A DNA stretch of 51,591 nt from Candidatus Omnitrophota bacterium. GTDB lineage: Bacteria > Omnitrophota > Gorgyraeia > 2-01-FULL-45-10. The translations under genes and the position numbers were made by a program. Location of the stretch: contig JAQTPE010000002.1 in NCBI GenBank assembly GCA_028748925.1, positions 1 through 51,591 of the forward strand, given 5' to 3'. Positions 26,496-35,089 of this stretch are shown one piece after another. Under the pieces are notes generated by a model. That model saw only the letters and a program-made list of their open reading frames with translations. It was not told the DNA's origin and did not search any database. Within the stretch, counting starts at the first letter, position 1. Each line of letters opens with the position of its first letter.

Positions 26496-27037
26496 TTGAT
26501 CATCTTTTTCGCTTCTTTGATTATCTCGGCAACCGGCGCAATATGCCCTACCGCGTCATACCCGCATGCAAGATGTCCTTTTACGGGCCCGACAAATTTA
26601 TATCCTATCTTCTCCAATTTTGCTATGTTGGCCATTACCATTTTATGATTATACATATTCTCATTCATCGCCGGAGCTATCAGGACCGGCGATCTGGAAG
26701 CACAGGTGACGCACGTCAACAGATCGTCGCATATTCCATTCGCCAGTTTTCCTATTATATTTGCCGTGGCCGGAGCTATCAGGATAAGCGACGCGCTATC
26801 CGCCAAAGACGTATGCACCGGCGTCCAGTTTTCGGGAGACTCGAAGATGCCGGTCATGACCTTGTTGCCGGAGAGCGTCTGCAATGTCAGCGGCGTCACA
26901 AATTCCAAGGCGTCTTTCGTCAATATGACCTTTACATCAAATGAATCTTTTCTTAAAAGATTCACAATCTCGCAGGCCTTGTATGCGGCAATGCTCGCCG
27001 TAACACCGACGATCACGGTCTTCCGGGCGGAGCTCAT
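26492..27037 (-). CDS. coaC: Phosphopantothenoylcysteine decarboxylase (CoaC flavoprotein as a separate gene)
   Basis: IVGVTASIAAYKACEIVNLLRK...LIAPATANIIGKLANGICDDLLT...PAMNENMY are flavoprotein (Dfp N-terminal) motifs. Confidence 0.85.
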   Translation of the reverse strand: MSSARKTVIVGVTASIAAYKACEIVNLLRKDSFDVKVILTKDALEFVTPLTLQTLSGNKVMTGIFESPENWTPVHTSLADSASLILIAPATANIIGKLANGICDDLLTCVTCASRSPVLIAPAMNENMYNHKMVMANIAKLEKIGYKFVGPVKGHLACGYDAVGHIAPVAEIIKEAKKMIK

Positions 27038-27237
27038 TTTTCTTCTCTTATCTTGTAAGTCACTTTATCTTCTATTATCTCTTTCATGGCTATATTCGCC
27101 GGTTTGAAATCGACAGGGGCATCAACGAGCTTTTGAGCGCCGTCAGCCAGTTCTATCGTCCTGCGGGATGCAAGTATCACCAATTTATATATACTATGCA
27201 CCTTGTCTAAAAGCTTATCTATTGCGGGTCCTTGCAT
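27034..27237 (-). CDS. rpoZ: DNA-directed RNA polymerase subunit omega
   Basis: SIYKLVILASRRTIELADG is the conserved omega core. gmk-rpoZ adjacency is typical. Confidence 0.85.
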   Translation of the reverse strand: MQGPAIDKLLDKVHSIYKLVILASRRTIELADGAQKLVDAPVDFKPANIAMKEIIEDKVTYKIREEK

Positions 27238-27820
27238 CGCTCTCTCCTTCTAAAAGTATTATCTCTCTCAGTCTCTTGTAGGCCGCGTCAAGCCTATCAT
27301 TGACTACCACGTAATCATAATTATCTTTACACGCCACTTCCTGCTTCGCCACTTTAAGCCTGTTCGATATCGCTTTGGCCGTATCCGCCTCCCTGGACTC
27401 AAGCCTGTTTTTAAGTTCTTCCATAGACGGCGGCATTACAAATATCAGAACGGAATTATGCGGATAACTTTTGCGAACATTCATAGCGCCCTTCACATCT
27501 ATGCTCAAAAGAACGTTTCTGCCCTTCCGCAGAAGATCCTCCACGGCTCTTTTAGGCGTACCATACAGGAAACCGAAGTTCTCTTCATACTCAAGCAGTT
27601 CCTTGGCATCTATCATGCGGATAAATTCTTCGGCGGATATAAAGAAGTAATCTGTGCCGTTTCTCTCCCCGCGGCGCGGCGGTCTCGTCGTTATAGACAC
27701 GGATTGGTACAATTTCAATTTATCTTTAAGTAGTTTTTTACACAGGGTGGTCTTGCCGCAACCGGACGGCGCGGAGACTATGAAGATCTTTCCCTTGGGT
27801 CCCTCCGTTTTGGACTTCAT
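27215..27820 (-). CDS. gmk: Guanylate kinase
   Basis: P-loop SAPSGCGKTT, SITTRPPRRGERNGTDYFFIS, LEYEENFGFLYGT. Confidence 0.95.
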   Translation of the reverse strand: MKSKTEGPKGKIFIVSAPSGCGKTTLCKKLLKDKLKLYQSVSITTRPPRRGERNGTDYFFISAEEFIRMIDAKELLEYEENFGFLYGTPKRAVEDLLRKGRNVLLSIDVKGAMNVRKSYPHNSVLIFVMPPSMEELKNRLESREADTAKAISNRLKVAKQEVACKDNYDYVVVNDRLDAAYKRLREIILLEGESDARTRNR

Positions 27821-28695
27821 TCTATGTTCTTCGCCTGTTCCCGGATCTTTTCGATCTCGCTTTTTATTTCAATAACGTTTTTGGAGATATTGAAGTCGCT
27901 GGCTTTTGATCCGATAGTATTTATCTCCCTATGCAGTTCTTGGGCGATAAAATCTATCTTCTTGCCGGCCTCTCCATTCGCGCCAAGGGTCCTTTTAAAA
28001 TTGGCCAGATGGTTCTTGAGCCTGATGATCTCTTCGGATATATCAATGTTCTTCGCGAATATTGCCACCTCCATCTCGAGCCTGCCCTTATCCATTGCGT
28101 GCCCGTTAGTAAGGTCCCTGACCCTCTTCTCGAACCTCTCTTTATACTCTTTAATGCTCAAATGCGAGCTAGATTTTATCTCGGCAAGCATCTTGTCTAT
28201 GGCCGCTACTCTCTTAAGAAAATCTTTATGGAGAGCCTGTCCTTCTTTCGTCCTGTCCGATATTAAAGACGCGAGCGCCGCCGATAAAGCTTTCTCTATC
28301 TTCGGCCATAATACCGTAAGGCTCTCCTGCGTAGCCGCGTAGTTGATCACTCCGGGCAGGCTTATCAGCTCTTTTAACCCGACCGCCTCTTTCAAGCCCA
28401 GGGCCTTTTTTAATCCTACTATACCGGCATAATAGCTTTTAGCCAGCTTCCTGTTTACGGCTATGACTTCATCTTTTGCGCCGCTGTGCTCATAAATTAT
28501 ATTTACATTGACCTTGCCTCTATTTATCTTCTTCTGCAAAGTCTCTTTAATCCTCTCTTCGAAAGGAGCTATCGTTTCGGACAGTTTCAGGCTGGCGTCA
28601 AAGAATTTATGGTTAACGGTCTTTATCTCCACTATGATCTGCCCGCCCGGAAATCTTACCTCGCCTTTTCCAAAACCCGTCATCGATTTAATCAA
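27817..28695 (-). CDS. yicC: YicC-family stress-induced endoribonuclease-like protein (TTG start)
   Basis: (M)IKSMTGFGKGEV... N-terminus and C-terminal DFIAQELHREINTIGSKA...IKSEIEKIREQ are YicC hallmarks. AGGAG lies 8 nt upstream of TTG 28695. Confidence 0.85.
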   Translation of the reverse strand: MIKSMTGFGKGEVRFPGGQIIVEIKTVNHKFFDASLKLSETIAPFEERIKETLQKKINRGKVNVNIIYEHSGAKDEVIAVNRKLAKSYYAGIVGLKKALGLKEAVGLKELISLPGVINYAATQESLTVLWPKIEKALSAALASLISDRTKEGQALHKDFLKRVAAIDKMLAEIKSSSHLSIKEYKERFEKRVRDLTNGHAMDKGRLEMEVAIFAKNIDISEEIIRLKNHLANFKRTLGANGEAGKKIDFIAQELHREINTIGSKASDFNISKNVIEIKSEIEKIREQAKNIE

Positions 28696-28733
28696 CTTAC
28701 AATCTCCTTTTTGAGTCTATAACAAACTTTTTT

Positions 28734-28762
28734 ACTATTCACTATCAACTATGAACTATGAA
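28734..28762 (-). promoter_or_regulatory. Promoter-like copy B of the conserved ATAGT-repeat/TTGATAGTG motif, upstream of yicC
   Basis: Minus strand: TTCATA (28762..28757), 17 nt (gttcatagTTGATAGTG), AATAGT (28739..28734), then AAAAAAGT. On the plus strand ACTAT recurs at 28734, 28741, 28748 and 28755, an exact 7-nt phase. Confidence 0.35.
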
Positions 28763-28766
28763 CTTT

Positions 28767-29264
28767 TTATGCCCAGACGCGCGTCTCTATGCTCTTCTTT
28801 ACTGCGGTGGTATTATAGAGATCAAATATTATCTCATCGGGAGAGAACCATAGCTTTATTTCGCGCTCGGACTCTTCCGGATTCGCCGAGGCGTGAATAA
28901 CGTTCTCATAGACGCCTTTTGTGGTAATCCTCCCGTAAGCGCCTCTTATAGAGACCGGATCCGCTTCTTCGGGGTTTGTGGCACCGCATATATCCCTTAC
29001 TTTCTGTATCGCGTCTTCACCATAGTATACAAGCGCCATAACTTTTTTTTTATGATATTCGCCCATCAAATATTTTAAGAGATCTTCGAAAAACGGTTTA
29101 TCCTTCAGCATGGCATAATGTTTTTGGGCAAGGTCCCTGGAAACTTTCACTATTCTGGCGCCTACTATATCAAGTTTTGTCTCCGATAGACGAGTTAAGA
29201 TATTCCCTGTAAGTGATTTTTTCAAACCATCCGGTTTTATTAATACTAAAGTGGCTTGATTCAT
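28767..29264 (-). CDS. ndk: Nucleoside diphosphate kinase
   Basis: TLVLIKPDGLKK..., KPFFEDLLKYL, GATNPEEADPVSIRGAYG, NVIHASANPEESEREIKLWF (catalytic His). Confidence 0.8.
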   Translation of the reverse strand: MNQATLVLIKPDGLKKSLTGNILTRLSETKLDIVGARIVKVSRDLAQKHYAMLKDKPFFEDLLKYLMGEYHKKKVMALVYYGEDAIQKVRDICGATNPEEADPVSIRGAYGRITTKGVYENVIHASANPEESEREIKLWFSPDEIIFDLYNTTAVKKSIETRVWA

Positions 29265-29380
29265 GCTACCTCCTGTTCATGCCTGTATATTATAACATAA
29301 TTTATATCATTTATATCGAATATTATATTTAACTACAAACCGGAGGATTTGTCAAGGTTAAACAGAGTGGTTTTTGGGAT

Positions 29381-30241
29381 TTATGTCTTTTTTGCGGTAA
29401 CTATATGCAAGATCCGGTTTAAGTCCTCTACAGAATAATATTCTATCTGTATTGTACCGCGCTTCTTGCCGTGAGATATCTTCACACGCGTACCCAGAGC
29501 TTGTTGCATTTCAGCCGCTATGCTATCAAGGTTATTATCGTGCTTAACGGGCCGTTTTTGCGTTCCAGCTTCGGTACGTCTACGATCAACGAGTTTTTCG
29601 GTTTCGCGGACTGATAAGCCCTTGTTTATGATGATATTACATACCCTGTATCGCTCGTTTTCCGCCGGAAGCCCCAGAAGCGCTTTTGCATGCCCCACCG
29701 TTATGATGCCTTTTGAAAGATACTCCTGGATCTTCTGTGCTAACCCCAATAACCTGATCGCATTGGATATCGTAGACTTATCCTTGCCGAGCGTCTGTGC
29801 TATCTTGTCCTGTGTAAAATTAAACTCCGTTGTAAGACGCTCGAAAGCCTTTGCCTCCTCTATCGGGTTCAGCTCTTCGCGCTGTAAGTTCTCTATGAGC
29901 GCAATTTCGAGCATGTCAGCATCATTGACATCTTTAATTATAGCGGGTATATCCACAAGGTTAAGCATTGTAGCCGCACGAAGACGGCGTTCGCCGGCAA
30001 TCAATTCATATCCATCGATAGCTTTTCGCACAAGCACAGGTTGTATAACACCTTTTTCTTTTATGGAATTGACCAAATCATTAAGTTTTTCTTTACTAAA
30101 CTCCGTCCGTGGCTGATATTTGTTTGTCTTAACTTGAGATAGTGGGATACGAATAATGGCTTCTGCTGAATTTTTTACAAAAACTACCTCACGCTGTGGT
30201 ATTAATGCGCTTAAGCCCCTGCCTAAAGCTTTCTTTTCCAT
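29381..30241 (-). CDS. parB: Chromosome partitioning protein ParB/Spo0J
   Basis: KALGRGLSALI, GVIQPVLVRK...YELIAGERRLRAA, an HTH (TQDKIAQTLGKDKSTISNAIRLL), and a C-terminal dimerisation region. Confidence 0.95.
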   Translation of the reverse strand: MEKKALGRGLSALIPQREVVFVKNSAEAIIRIPLSQVKTNKYQPRTEFSKEKLNDLVNSIKEKGVIQPVLVRKAIDGYELIAGERRLRAATMLNLVDIPAIIKDVNDADMLEIALIENLQREELNPIEEAKAFERLTTEFNFTQDKIAQTLGKDKSTISNAIRLLGLAQKIQEYLSKGIITVGHAKALLGLPAENERYRVCNIIINKGLSVRETEKLVDRRRTEAGTQKRPVKHDNNLDSIAAEMQQALGTRVKISHGKKRGTIQIEYYSVEDLNRILHIVTAKKT

Positions 30242-31098
30242 TACTTAATTTCTCCTTCGTCGATTTCTTCTAACTCATTTTCATTGCTAAGATTAGCTTC
30301 TGAATTACTCATAGTAACTGTTTGCTCAGATATCTCTTTTTTTATACCTAACAATTCATTTGTAAAGTCTTCATACTTTCTGGCAGCCATTGAGGTTTTA
30401 TCATACAATGCAATAGGCTTTCCGAACCCGGGAGCCTCAGCCAATCGAACATTTCTAGGAATTATTGTTTCGTATACCTTGCCCGAAAAAAACTTCTTAA
30501 CTTCACCTATGACCTCATTCGTAAGTTTTGTTCTATAATCCGCCATGGTAAGCAACACACCCTCTATTTCAAGAGCAGTATTTATATTCTCCTTGACAAG
30601 ATTAATAGTATTCATTAATTGACCTAATCCTTCGAGAGCGTAATATTCGCATTGTATCGGAATAAGTATCGAATTTGCGGCAGAAAGAGCGTTAATTGTC
30701 AACAAACCCAGCGATGGAGGACAGTCTATCAATATAAAATCAAAGTCGTTTAAAAGGCCTGTCAGGGCCTTTTTGAGTTTATGTTCGCGACCCAATGTAC
30801 TGACGAGCTCTACTTCGGCACCTGTGAGATTTAAATTAGAGGGAAAAAGCGATAAATTACTGATTTGTGTATCAATCATAACAGATTTGGGGTCTGCATC
30901 ATCGATTAGAATATGATATACACTATGTTTGATGTCATGCTTATCAATACCAAGCCCGCTAGTGGCATTACCTTGTGGATCGATATCGATCAGGAGAGTT
31001 TTTTTACCGGACAAAGCAAGATATGTGGCGAGATTTATTGCGGTGGTCGTTTTACCAACACCGCCTTTTTGATTGCAGAGCGCTATTACTTTTGCCAT
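30241..31098 (-). CDS. parA: Chromosome partitioning ATPase ParA/Soj (with ~35-aa acidic C-terminal extension)
   Basis: Deviant Walker A NQKGGVGKTTTAINLA, DIDPQGNATSG, ILIDCPPSLG. Confidence 0.95.
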   Translation of the reverse strand: MAKVIALCNQKGGVGKTTTAINLATYLALSGKKTLLIDIDPQGNATSGLGIDKHDIKHSVYHILIDDADPKSVMIDTQISNLSLFPSNLNLTGAEVELVSTLGREHKLKKALTGLLNDFDFILIDCPPSLGLLTINALSAANSILIPIQCEYYALEGLGQLMNTINLVKENINTALEIEGVLLTMADYRTKLTNEVIGEVKKFFSGKVYETIIPRNVRLAEAPGFGKPIALYDKTSMAARKYEDFTNELLGIKKEISEQTVTMSNSEANLSNENELEEIDEGEIK

Positions 31099-31113
31099 AT
31101 CACTGAAGCCCTG

Positions 31114-31131
31114 TGTTTCTACGTGGAAACT
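31114..31131. promoter_or_regulatory. parS-like imperfect palindrome (18 bp, non-canonical spacing)
   Basis: TGTTTCTACGTGGAAACT has the GTTTC/GAAAC arms and ACGT core of parS (TGTTTCACGTGAAACA), but with one extra base on each side of the core. It lies 16 nt upstream of the parA ATG. Confidence 0.35.
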
Positions 31132-31163
31132 AATTACAGAAAACTACAATCTCTTTTCTGTAG

Positions 31164-31192
31164 ATATTACACTATATTCTTCTTAAAGTCAA
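31164..31192 (-). promoter_or_regulatory. Sigma70-like promoter for parAB
   Basis: Minus strand: TTGACT (31192..31187), 17-nt spacer, TAATAT (31169..31164). A perfect 8-bp inverted repeat ACAGAAAA/TTTTCTGT (31136..31161) spans the predicted transcription start. Confidence 0.4.
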
Positions 31193-31198
31193 TATGCT

Positions 31199-32779
31199 TT
31201 ATGTCTTTTTTAAGATTGCCGACTGTTCGACTATCGTCAATAACGTATTTACAACCCAATATAATACCATTCCGGACGGCATATTATAAAATATGAAGCC
31301 GAACATCACAGGCATCATGATCAACATCATTTTCTGCTGTTGTTTTTGCTCTTCAGTAACTGCACTACCCATAACCTTGGTCGACACTTTCTGCTGTAAT
31401 ACCATAAGGATTACCATCACAAGCGGCAATATATTTATATGATTGCCAATCAATGGCAAAGTAGCCGGTATAGGTACCGCATCGGGCATCGATAGATCCT
31501 TTATCCATAGAAAGCTTGCGCCTCTCAGATGTATAGACTTGGTAAGCGCCTGATATAGAGCCACGAAGATCGGCATTTGTAGCAAAAGCGGTAGACACCC
31601 GCCTAATGGATTTATATTATACTTTTTGTAGAGCTCCATGATCTCTTTGTTGAGCTTTTGCGGATTATCCTTAAATTGGACTTTGAGTTTTTCCATTTGG
31701 GGATGCAGTTCGTGCATTTTCTGCATAGACTGAAAACTTTTTAGTGTAAGAGGGAATAATAATACATTCAAAAGCACCGATAGAATAATGATAGATAGGC
31801 CCCAGCTCTTAAACACGCTATGGCATAGCCCAAGCATAAAGAGCAGAGCCTTGGCTATCCATCCAAAGAACCCATAATTTATAGTTTCTTCAAATTCCGC
31901 GTCTATCTTCTTAAGCTCCGATGCAACGCTTGGTCCCGCATACAGTAAATATTTATGCTCTATAAAGGAATTGGGGGGTATTGTAACGCTCTCCATCTCT
32001 ACGCCGGCCACAAGATCCTCACCGGACGCGAAATTATGAAACTGATGCTTAGTCTGGCCAAATGGTTTCATTATGAGCGAAAAGTATCTCGTCTTTAACG
32101 CTACCCAACTGACTATTCCCGGATGCGTGATTATATTATTCTTCGGACGCTTAAAATTAACCGTCTTACCATCAACCTTTGCCGTAACCTCAATAAGCCT
32201 TTTTTCAGATATGTTAGGTTCAACAATACCTGCCCCGCTTATGATTTGATAGCCCACTTCTTTTGATTGATTTGATATATTCTTTACAAAAAGTTGTAAA
32301 TCCATGGTATCATTAAGATTATGTAAAGTATATTCTTTGATTATTTGCAGGTCTTTCAGGTTGAGCGTATAGATAACTTGATTTGGTTTTGTGCTAACAG
32401 AGTATTTTGCGGATTCTAATGGCAATATACCGGAAGGGTCTTTTATAGAAAAGATATATCGAGCCGGATCTTTTTCTTCCACCAACACCAGAGGCTCGAC
32501 CGAATTGTTTTTCTTATGCTGCTTAAGCTCTATCTTCTTTACCGCACCGCCTATATCGCTGAACGTAATTATGTTTCTATCCGTTGCGATGATCAATTCT
32601 TCTTCATTTGCCGTCGGTATCTGTGCCGCGGGAACGAATGATTTCACGTCTATCTCTTTTACGATAGCCTTTTCACCGGGTTTCACAATTTGTGTCTTTC
32701 TTGGCGCAGGAAATAGGAATTGGAACACAACTATAACTATTATCGATAATGTGACCGCCGTTATTAATCTCTTTTCCAT
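31199..32779 (-). CDS. yidC: Membrane protein insertase YidC
   Basis: N-terminal TM segment, large periplasmic domain, and the conserved core PLGGCLPLLLQMPIFVALY...MPSGMVLYWVVNTLL. Confidence 0.95.
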   Translation of the reverse strand: MEKRLITAVTLSIIVIVVFQFLFPAPRKTQIVKPGEKAIVKEIDVKSFVPAAQIPTANEEELIIATDRNIITFSDIGGAVKKIELKQHKKNNSVEPLVLVEEKDPARYIFSIKDPSGILPLESAKYSVSTKPNQVIYTLNLKDLQIIKEYTLHNLNDTMDLQLFVKNISNQSKEVGYQIISGAGIVEPNISEKRLIEVTAKVDGKTVNFKRPKNNIITHPGIVSWVALKTRYFSLIMKPFGQTKHQFHNFASGEDLVAGVEMESVTIPPNSFIEHKYLLYAGPSVASELKKIDAEFEETINYGFFGWIAKALLFMLGLCHSVFKSWGLSIIILSVLLNVLLFPLTLKSFQSMQKMHELHPQMEKLKVQFKDNPQKLNKEIMELYKKYNINPLGGCLPLLLQMPIFVALYQALTKSIHLRGASFLWIKDLSMPDAVPIPATLPLIGNHINILPLVMVILMVLQQKVSTKVMGSAVTEEQKQQQKMMLIMMPVMFGFIFYNMPSGMVLYWVVNTLLTIVEQSAILKKT

Positions 32780-32782
32780 AAA

Positions 32783-32992
32783 TTATTGTACCGGGTCGTA
32801 GCCGCCTCGCGAAAAGGGGTTACACCTGATCAGCCTCCAAATGCTTTTGACCCCGCCAAGGAATATACCATGCTTTTCTATAGACCCTATAGCATATTCC
32901 GAGCAGGATGGATAAAACCTGCAGCACCTTATCTTTAGCGCCGACAAGTAGTTACGATAAAATTTTAACGCATAAATTACCACAAATTTCAC
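32783..32992 (-). CDS. yidD: Membrane protein insertion efficiency factor YidD
   Basis: YRNYLSALKIRCCRFYPSCSEYAIGSIEKHG...RCNPFSRGGYDPV is the YidD signature. Confidence 0.9.
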   Translation of the reverse strand: MKFVVIYALKFYRNYLSALKIRCCRFYPSCSEYAIGSIEKHGIFLGGVKSIWRLIRCNPFSRGGYDPVQ

Positions 32993-33348
32993 AATAATAT
33001 CCCCGCTTGTTTGCTTAGATTCAAGAATATTACCTCTGCTTCAGCGTAAGAAAAGCTCTCTTTAGAATCTCTTCTCACGACGAAAACGATGTCAAATCCC
33101 TTCTTGATAGTCTTTTTATTCCTTCTGTAAGTTTCGCGAAATAGCCTCTTTAGGCGATTACGCCTGGACGCTTTCTTAACGTTCTTCGCGCTTATGGAAA
33201 ACCCAATGCGGTTCACTAATGCCGCGTTCGGTAATAATCTCAATATAATGAAACCCGCCTTATAAGAGCGCCCGTCTTTGTAAACTTTCCTGAAATCCTT
33301 CGTCTTTATAAGGCGCTCTTGTTTACTGAAGGTCTCGGCGGGGATCAT
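32989..33348 (-). CDS. rnpA: Ribonuclease P protein component
   Basis: Basic 119-aa protein ([21 protein letters not shown]...NRLKRLFRE) in the conserved rpmH-rnpA-yidD-yidC order. ATGA overlap with the rpmH stop. Confidence 0.9.
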   Translation of the reverse strand: MIPAETFSKQERLIKTKDFRKVYKDGRSYKAGFIILRLLPNAALVNRIGFSISAKNVKKASRRNRLKRLFRETYRRNKKTIKKGFDIVFVVRRDSKESFSYAEAEVIFLNLSKQAGILL

Positions 33349-33482
33349 GCGGTGAGCTTATGACGGCCCTTTTGTCTTCTTCTGCTTAAAACAGCGCGTC
33401 CATGACGGGTCTGCATCCTTGCCCTGAACCCGTGCTTTCTCTTTCTCTTTATATTGGAGCCCGCTTTTAAAGTATACTTCAT
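33345..33482 (-). CDS. rpmH: 50S ribosomal protein L34
   Basis: Not in the ORF track (45 aa). Own translation: [45 protein letters not shown], matching the L34 consensus (KR..HGFR.RM.T..GR.VL..RR.KGR..L). Confidence 0.9.
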   Translation of the reverse strand: MKYTLKAGSNIKRKRKHGFRARMQTRHGRAVLSRRRQKGRHKLTA

Positions 33483-33562
33483 ATCTTAGTCCTTTCGTAA
33501 CGCTCGTTAGTTCCTCACAGTAAATCTAATAATAAAAGACTCGGCTGACTATTGGAATGTAA

Positions 33563-33590
33563 ATTATACCACAGGGCATTTGTTAGTCAA
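33563..33590 (-). promoter_or_regulatory. Sigma70-like promoter for rpmH-rnpA-yidDC
   Basis: Minus strand: TTGACT (33590..33585), 16-nt spacer, TGG-TATAAT (extended -10; hexamer 33568..33563). Confidence 0.5.
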
Positions 33591-33606
33591 CATTTTTAAT
33601 TAATAC

Positions 33607-33635
33607 TTGCAATTGCAAATGCATTTGATTATAAT
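33607..33635 (+). promoter_or_regulatory. Sigma70-like promoter for dnaA
   Basis: TTGCAA (33607..33612), 17-nt spacer, TATAAT (33630..33635). A DnaA-box-like TTATTCACA (complement of 33670..33678) sits in the predicted 5' UTR, compatible with autoregulation. Confidence 0.5.
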
Positions 33636-33706
33636 GTTGCGTGCTGTAAAAGATATGCTGTGCACAACCTGTGAATAACCTATGTATTCGTTTGGAAAAG
33701 TAAAAA

Positions 33707-35089
33707 ATGGCCTCAAATGACCTTTCTGTGTGGCTGCGAGCAAGGGAATTGATCAAAAAAGAGCTCGATAACGACCAGGCCTTTAATATCTGGTTTGGCC
33801 CGGTCAATTTCCGCTCCATATCGGACGACACCCTAACGCTGGAGATCCCCAATAAGTTGTTTCAGGATATTCTTCTCGACCGCTATGCGGCCGTTCTCAA
33901 TTCGAATATCGCCAAGTCTTGCGGCAAGGAGATGAAGGTCGCATTCTCCATGCATGAATCTTCCGACGTACCACTCCAGAAAAATCCCGCTGACGCGACG
34001 ACCAAAGAGAAGCCCCAGGTCAAGACGTTTTGGCCGTTTAGCCGCGATAAACAGAGCGCCGGACAAGAGATCGGTTTGAGCTCGAAATATACCTTCGAAA
34101 GTTTTGTCATAGGCCCGAGCAACAGATTCGCCCACGCTGCCGCGTCCGCGGTATGCGATTCTCCGGCAAAGGCCTATAATCCGCTCTTTATATATGGCGG
34201 CGTTGGTTTAGGCAAGACGCATCTGATGCATTCCGTCGGGCACAAGATCATACAGAGGCTGCCGAAAGCCAAGGTGCTCTATATTTCAAGCGAAGAATTC
34301 ACAAACCAGCTTATCGGCGCCATACAGAACAGGTCTATGATAAAATTCAGGGAAAAATACCGGAATGTTGACATACTGCTTATCGATGATATACAATTCA
34401 TTGCTGGCAAAGAAGCCACCCAGGAAGAGTTCTTTCATACATTCAATACGCTATACGATGCGCACAAGCAGATAGTAGTCTCGAGCGACCGGCCGCCAAA
34501 AGAGATACGGTCTCTTGAAGAGAGGCTGGTTTCGAGGTTCGAATGGGGGCTCGTAACGGATATCCAGCCGCCCGATTTCGAAACACGTATGGCTATATTG
34601 AAAAAGAAGTCGGAAAAGGAGACGATAGCTCTCCCCGACGATGTCTACTATTTTTTGGCCGAAAAGATCAAGAGCAATATCCGCGAGCTTGAAGGAGCGC
34701 TCATACGCGTGGTCGCCTATGCGAAATTGATCGGCAGGGATATCTCCGTGGATATGGTGAAAGAGGTCTTAAAAGATATGATACGGGAAGGCGAGAAAAA
34801 GATCACCATAGATATGATACAGAAAAAAGTGTGTGAATATTTTGATATAAAATTATCCGATATGAAGATTAAGAGACGTAGTCGCGCCATAGCTTACCCA
34901 AGACAGATCGCGATGTATCTCGCCAGGCATCTCACCGATTATTCTCTGCCGGAGATAGGAGAATATTTTGGCGGGAGAGACCACACCACGGTGCTGCACG
35001 CCTATGAAAAGATAACTAACGACTTAAAAGAGAAGAAGGGGTTAAGTGATCTTATGGGGAGGATTATCGATAATATAAGGAGCGTTTGA
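33707..35089 (+). CDS. dnaA: Chromosomal replication initiator protein DnaA
   Basis: AAA+ motifs (NPLFIYGGVGLGKTHL, LLIDDIQF) and the DNA-binding domain IV (RSRAIAYPRQIAMYLAR...GGRDHTTVLHA). Confidence 0.97.
   Translation: MASNDLSVWLRARELIKKELDNDQAFNIWFGPVNFRSISDDTLTLEIPNKLFQDILLDRYAAVLNSNIAKSCGKEMKVAFSMHESSDVPLQKNPADATTKEKPQVKTFWPFSRDKQSAGQEIGLSSKYTFESFVIGPSNRFAHAAASAVCDSPAKAYNPLFIYGGVGLGKTHLMHSVGHKIIQRLPKAKVLYISSEEFTNQLIGAIQNRSMIKFREKYRNVDILLIDDIQFIAGKEATQEEFFHTFNTLYDAHKQIVVSSDRPPKEIRSLEERLVSRFEWGLVTDIQPPDFETRMAILKKKSEKETIALPDDVYYFLAEKIKSNIRELEGALIRVVAYAKLIGRDISVDMVKEVLKDMIREGEKKITIDMIQKKVCEYFDIKLSDMKIKRRSRAIAYPRQIAMYLARHLTDYSLPEIGEYFGGRDHTTVLHAYEKITNDLKEKKGLSDLMGRIIDNIRSV

Noticed and set aside
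25857-27037. Calling coaB/coaC a frameshifted pseudogene of fused coaBC.
   Set aside because: The break falls exactly at the inter-domain boundary, with a GTGA start/stop overlap, and both halves are full-length with intact motifs. A genuine split is more likely, though a sequencing indel cannot be excluded without reads.
29299-29355. Tandem 9-mer ATTTATATC x2 (29299..29316), and a TTGACA (complement of 29350..29355) with several TATAAT-like boxes in the AT-rich parB-ndk spacer, as a defined promoter or operator for ndk.
   Set aside because: The spacing from TTGACA to the nearest -10-like hexamer is 18 nt, to a weak TTAAAT. The many alternative A/T hexamers make any single assignment arbitrary, and a two-copy 9-mer in AT-rich DNA is weak evidence.
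33583-33852. Minus-strand 89-aa ORF across the dnaA promoter and start, and a 68-aa ORF (35102..35308) across the dnaA-dnaN spacer.
   Set aside because: Both cover AT-rich regulatory DNA and the starts of dnaA and dnaN. They have no SD or recognisable motifs, and they conflict with the predicted promoters and DnaA boxes.
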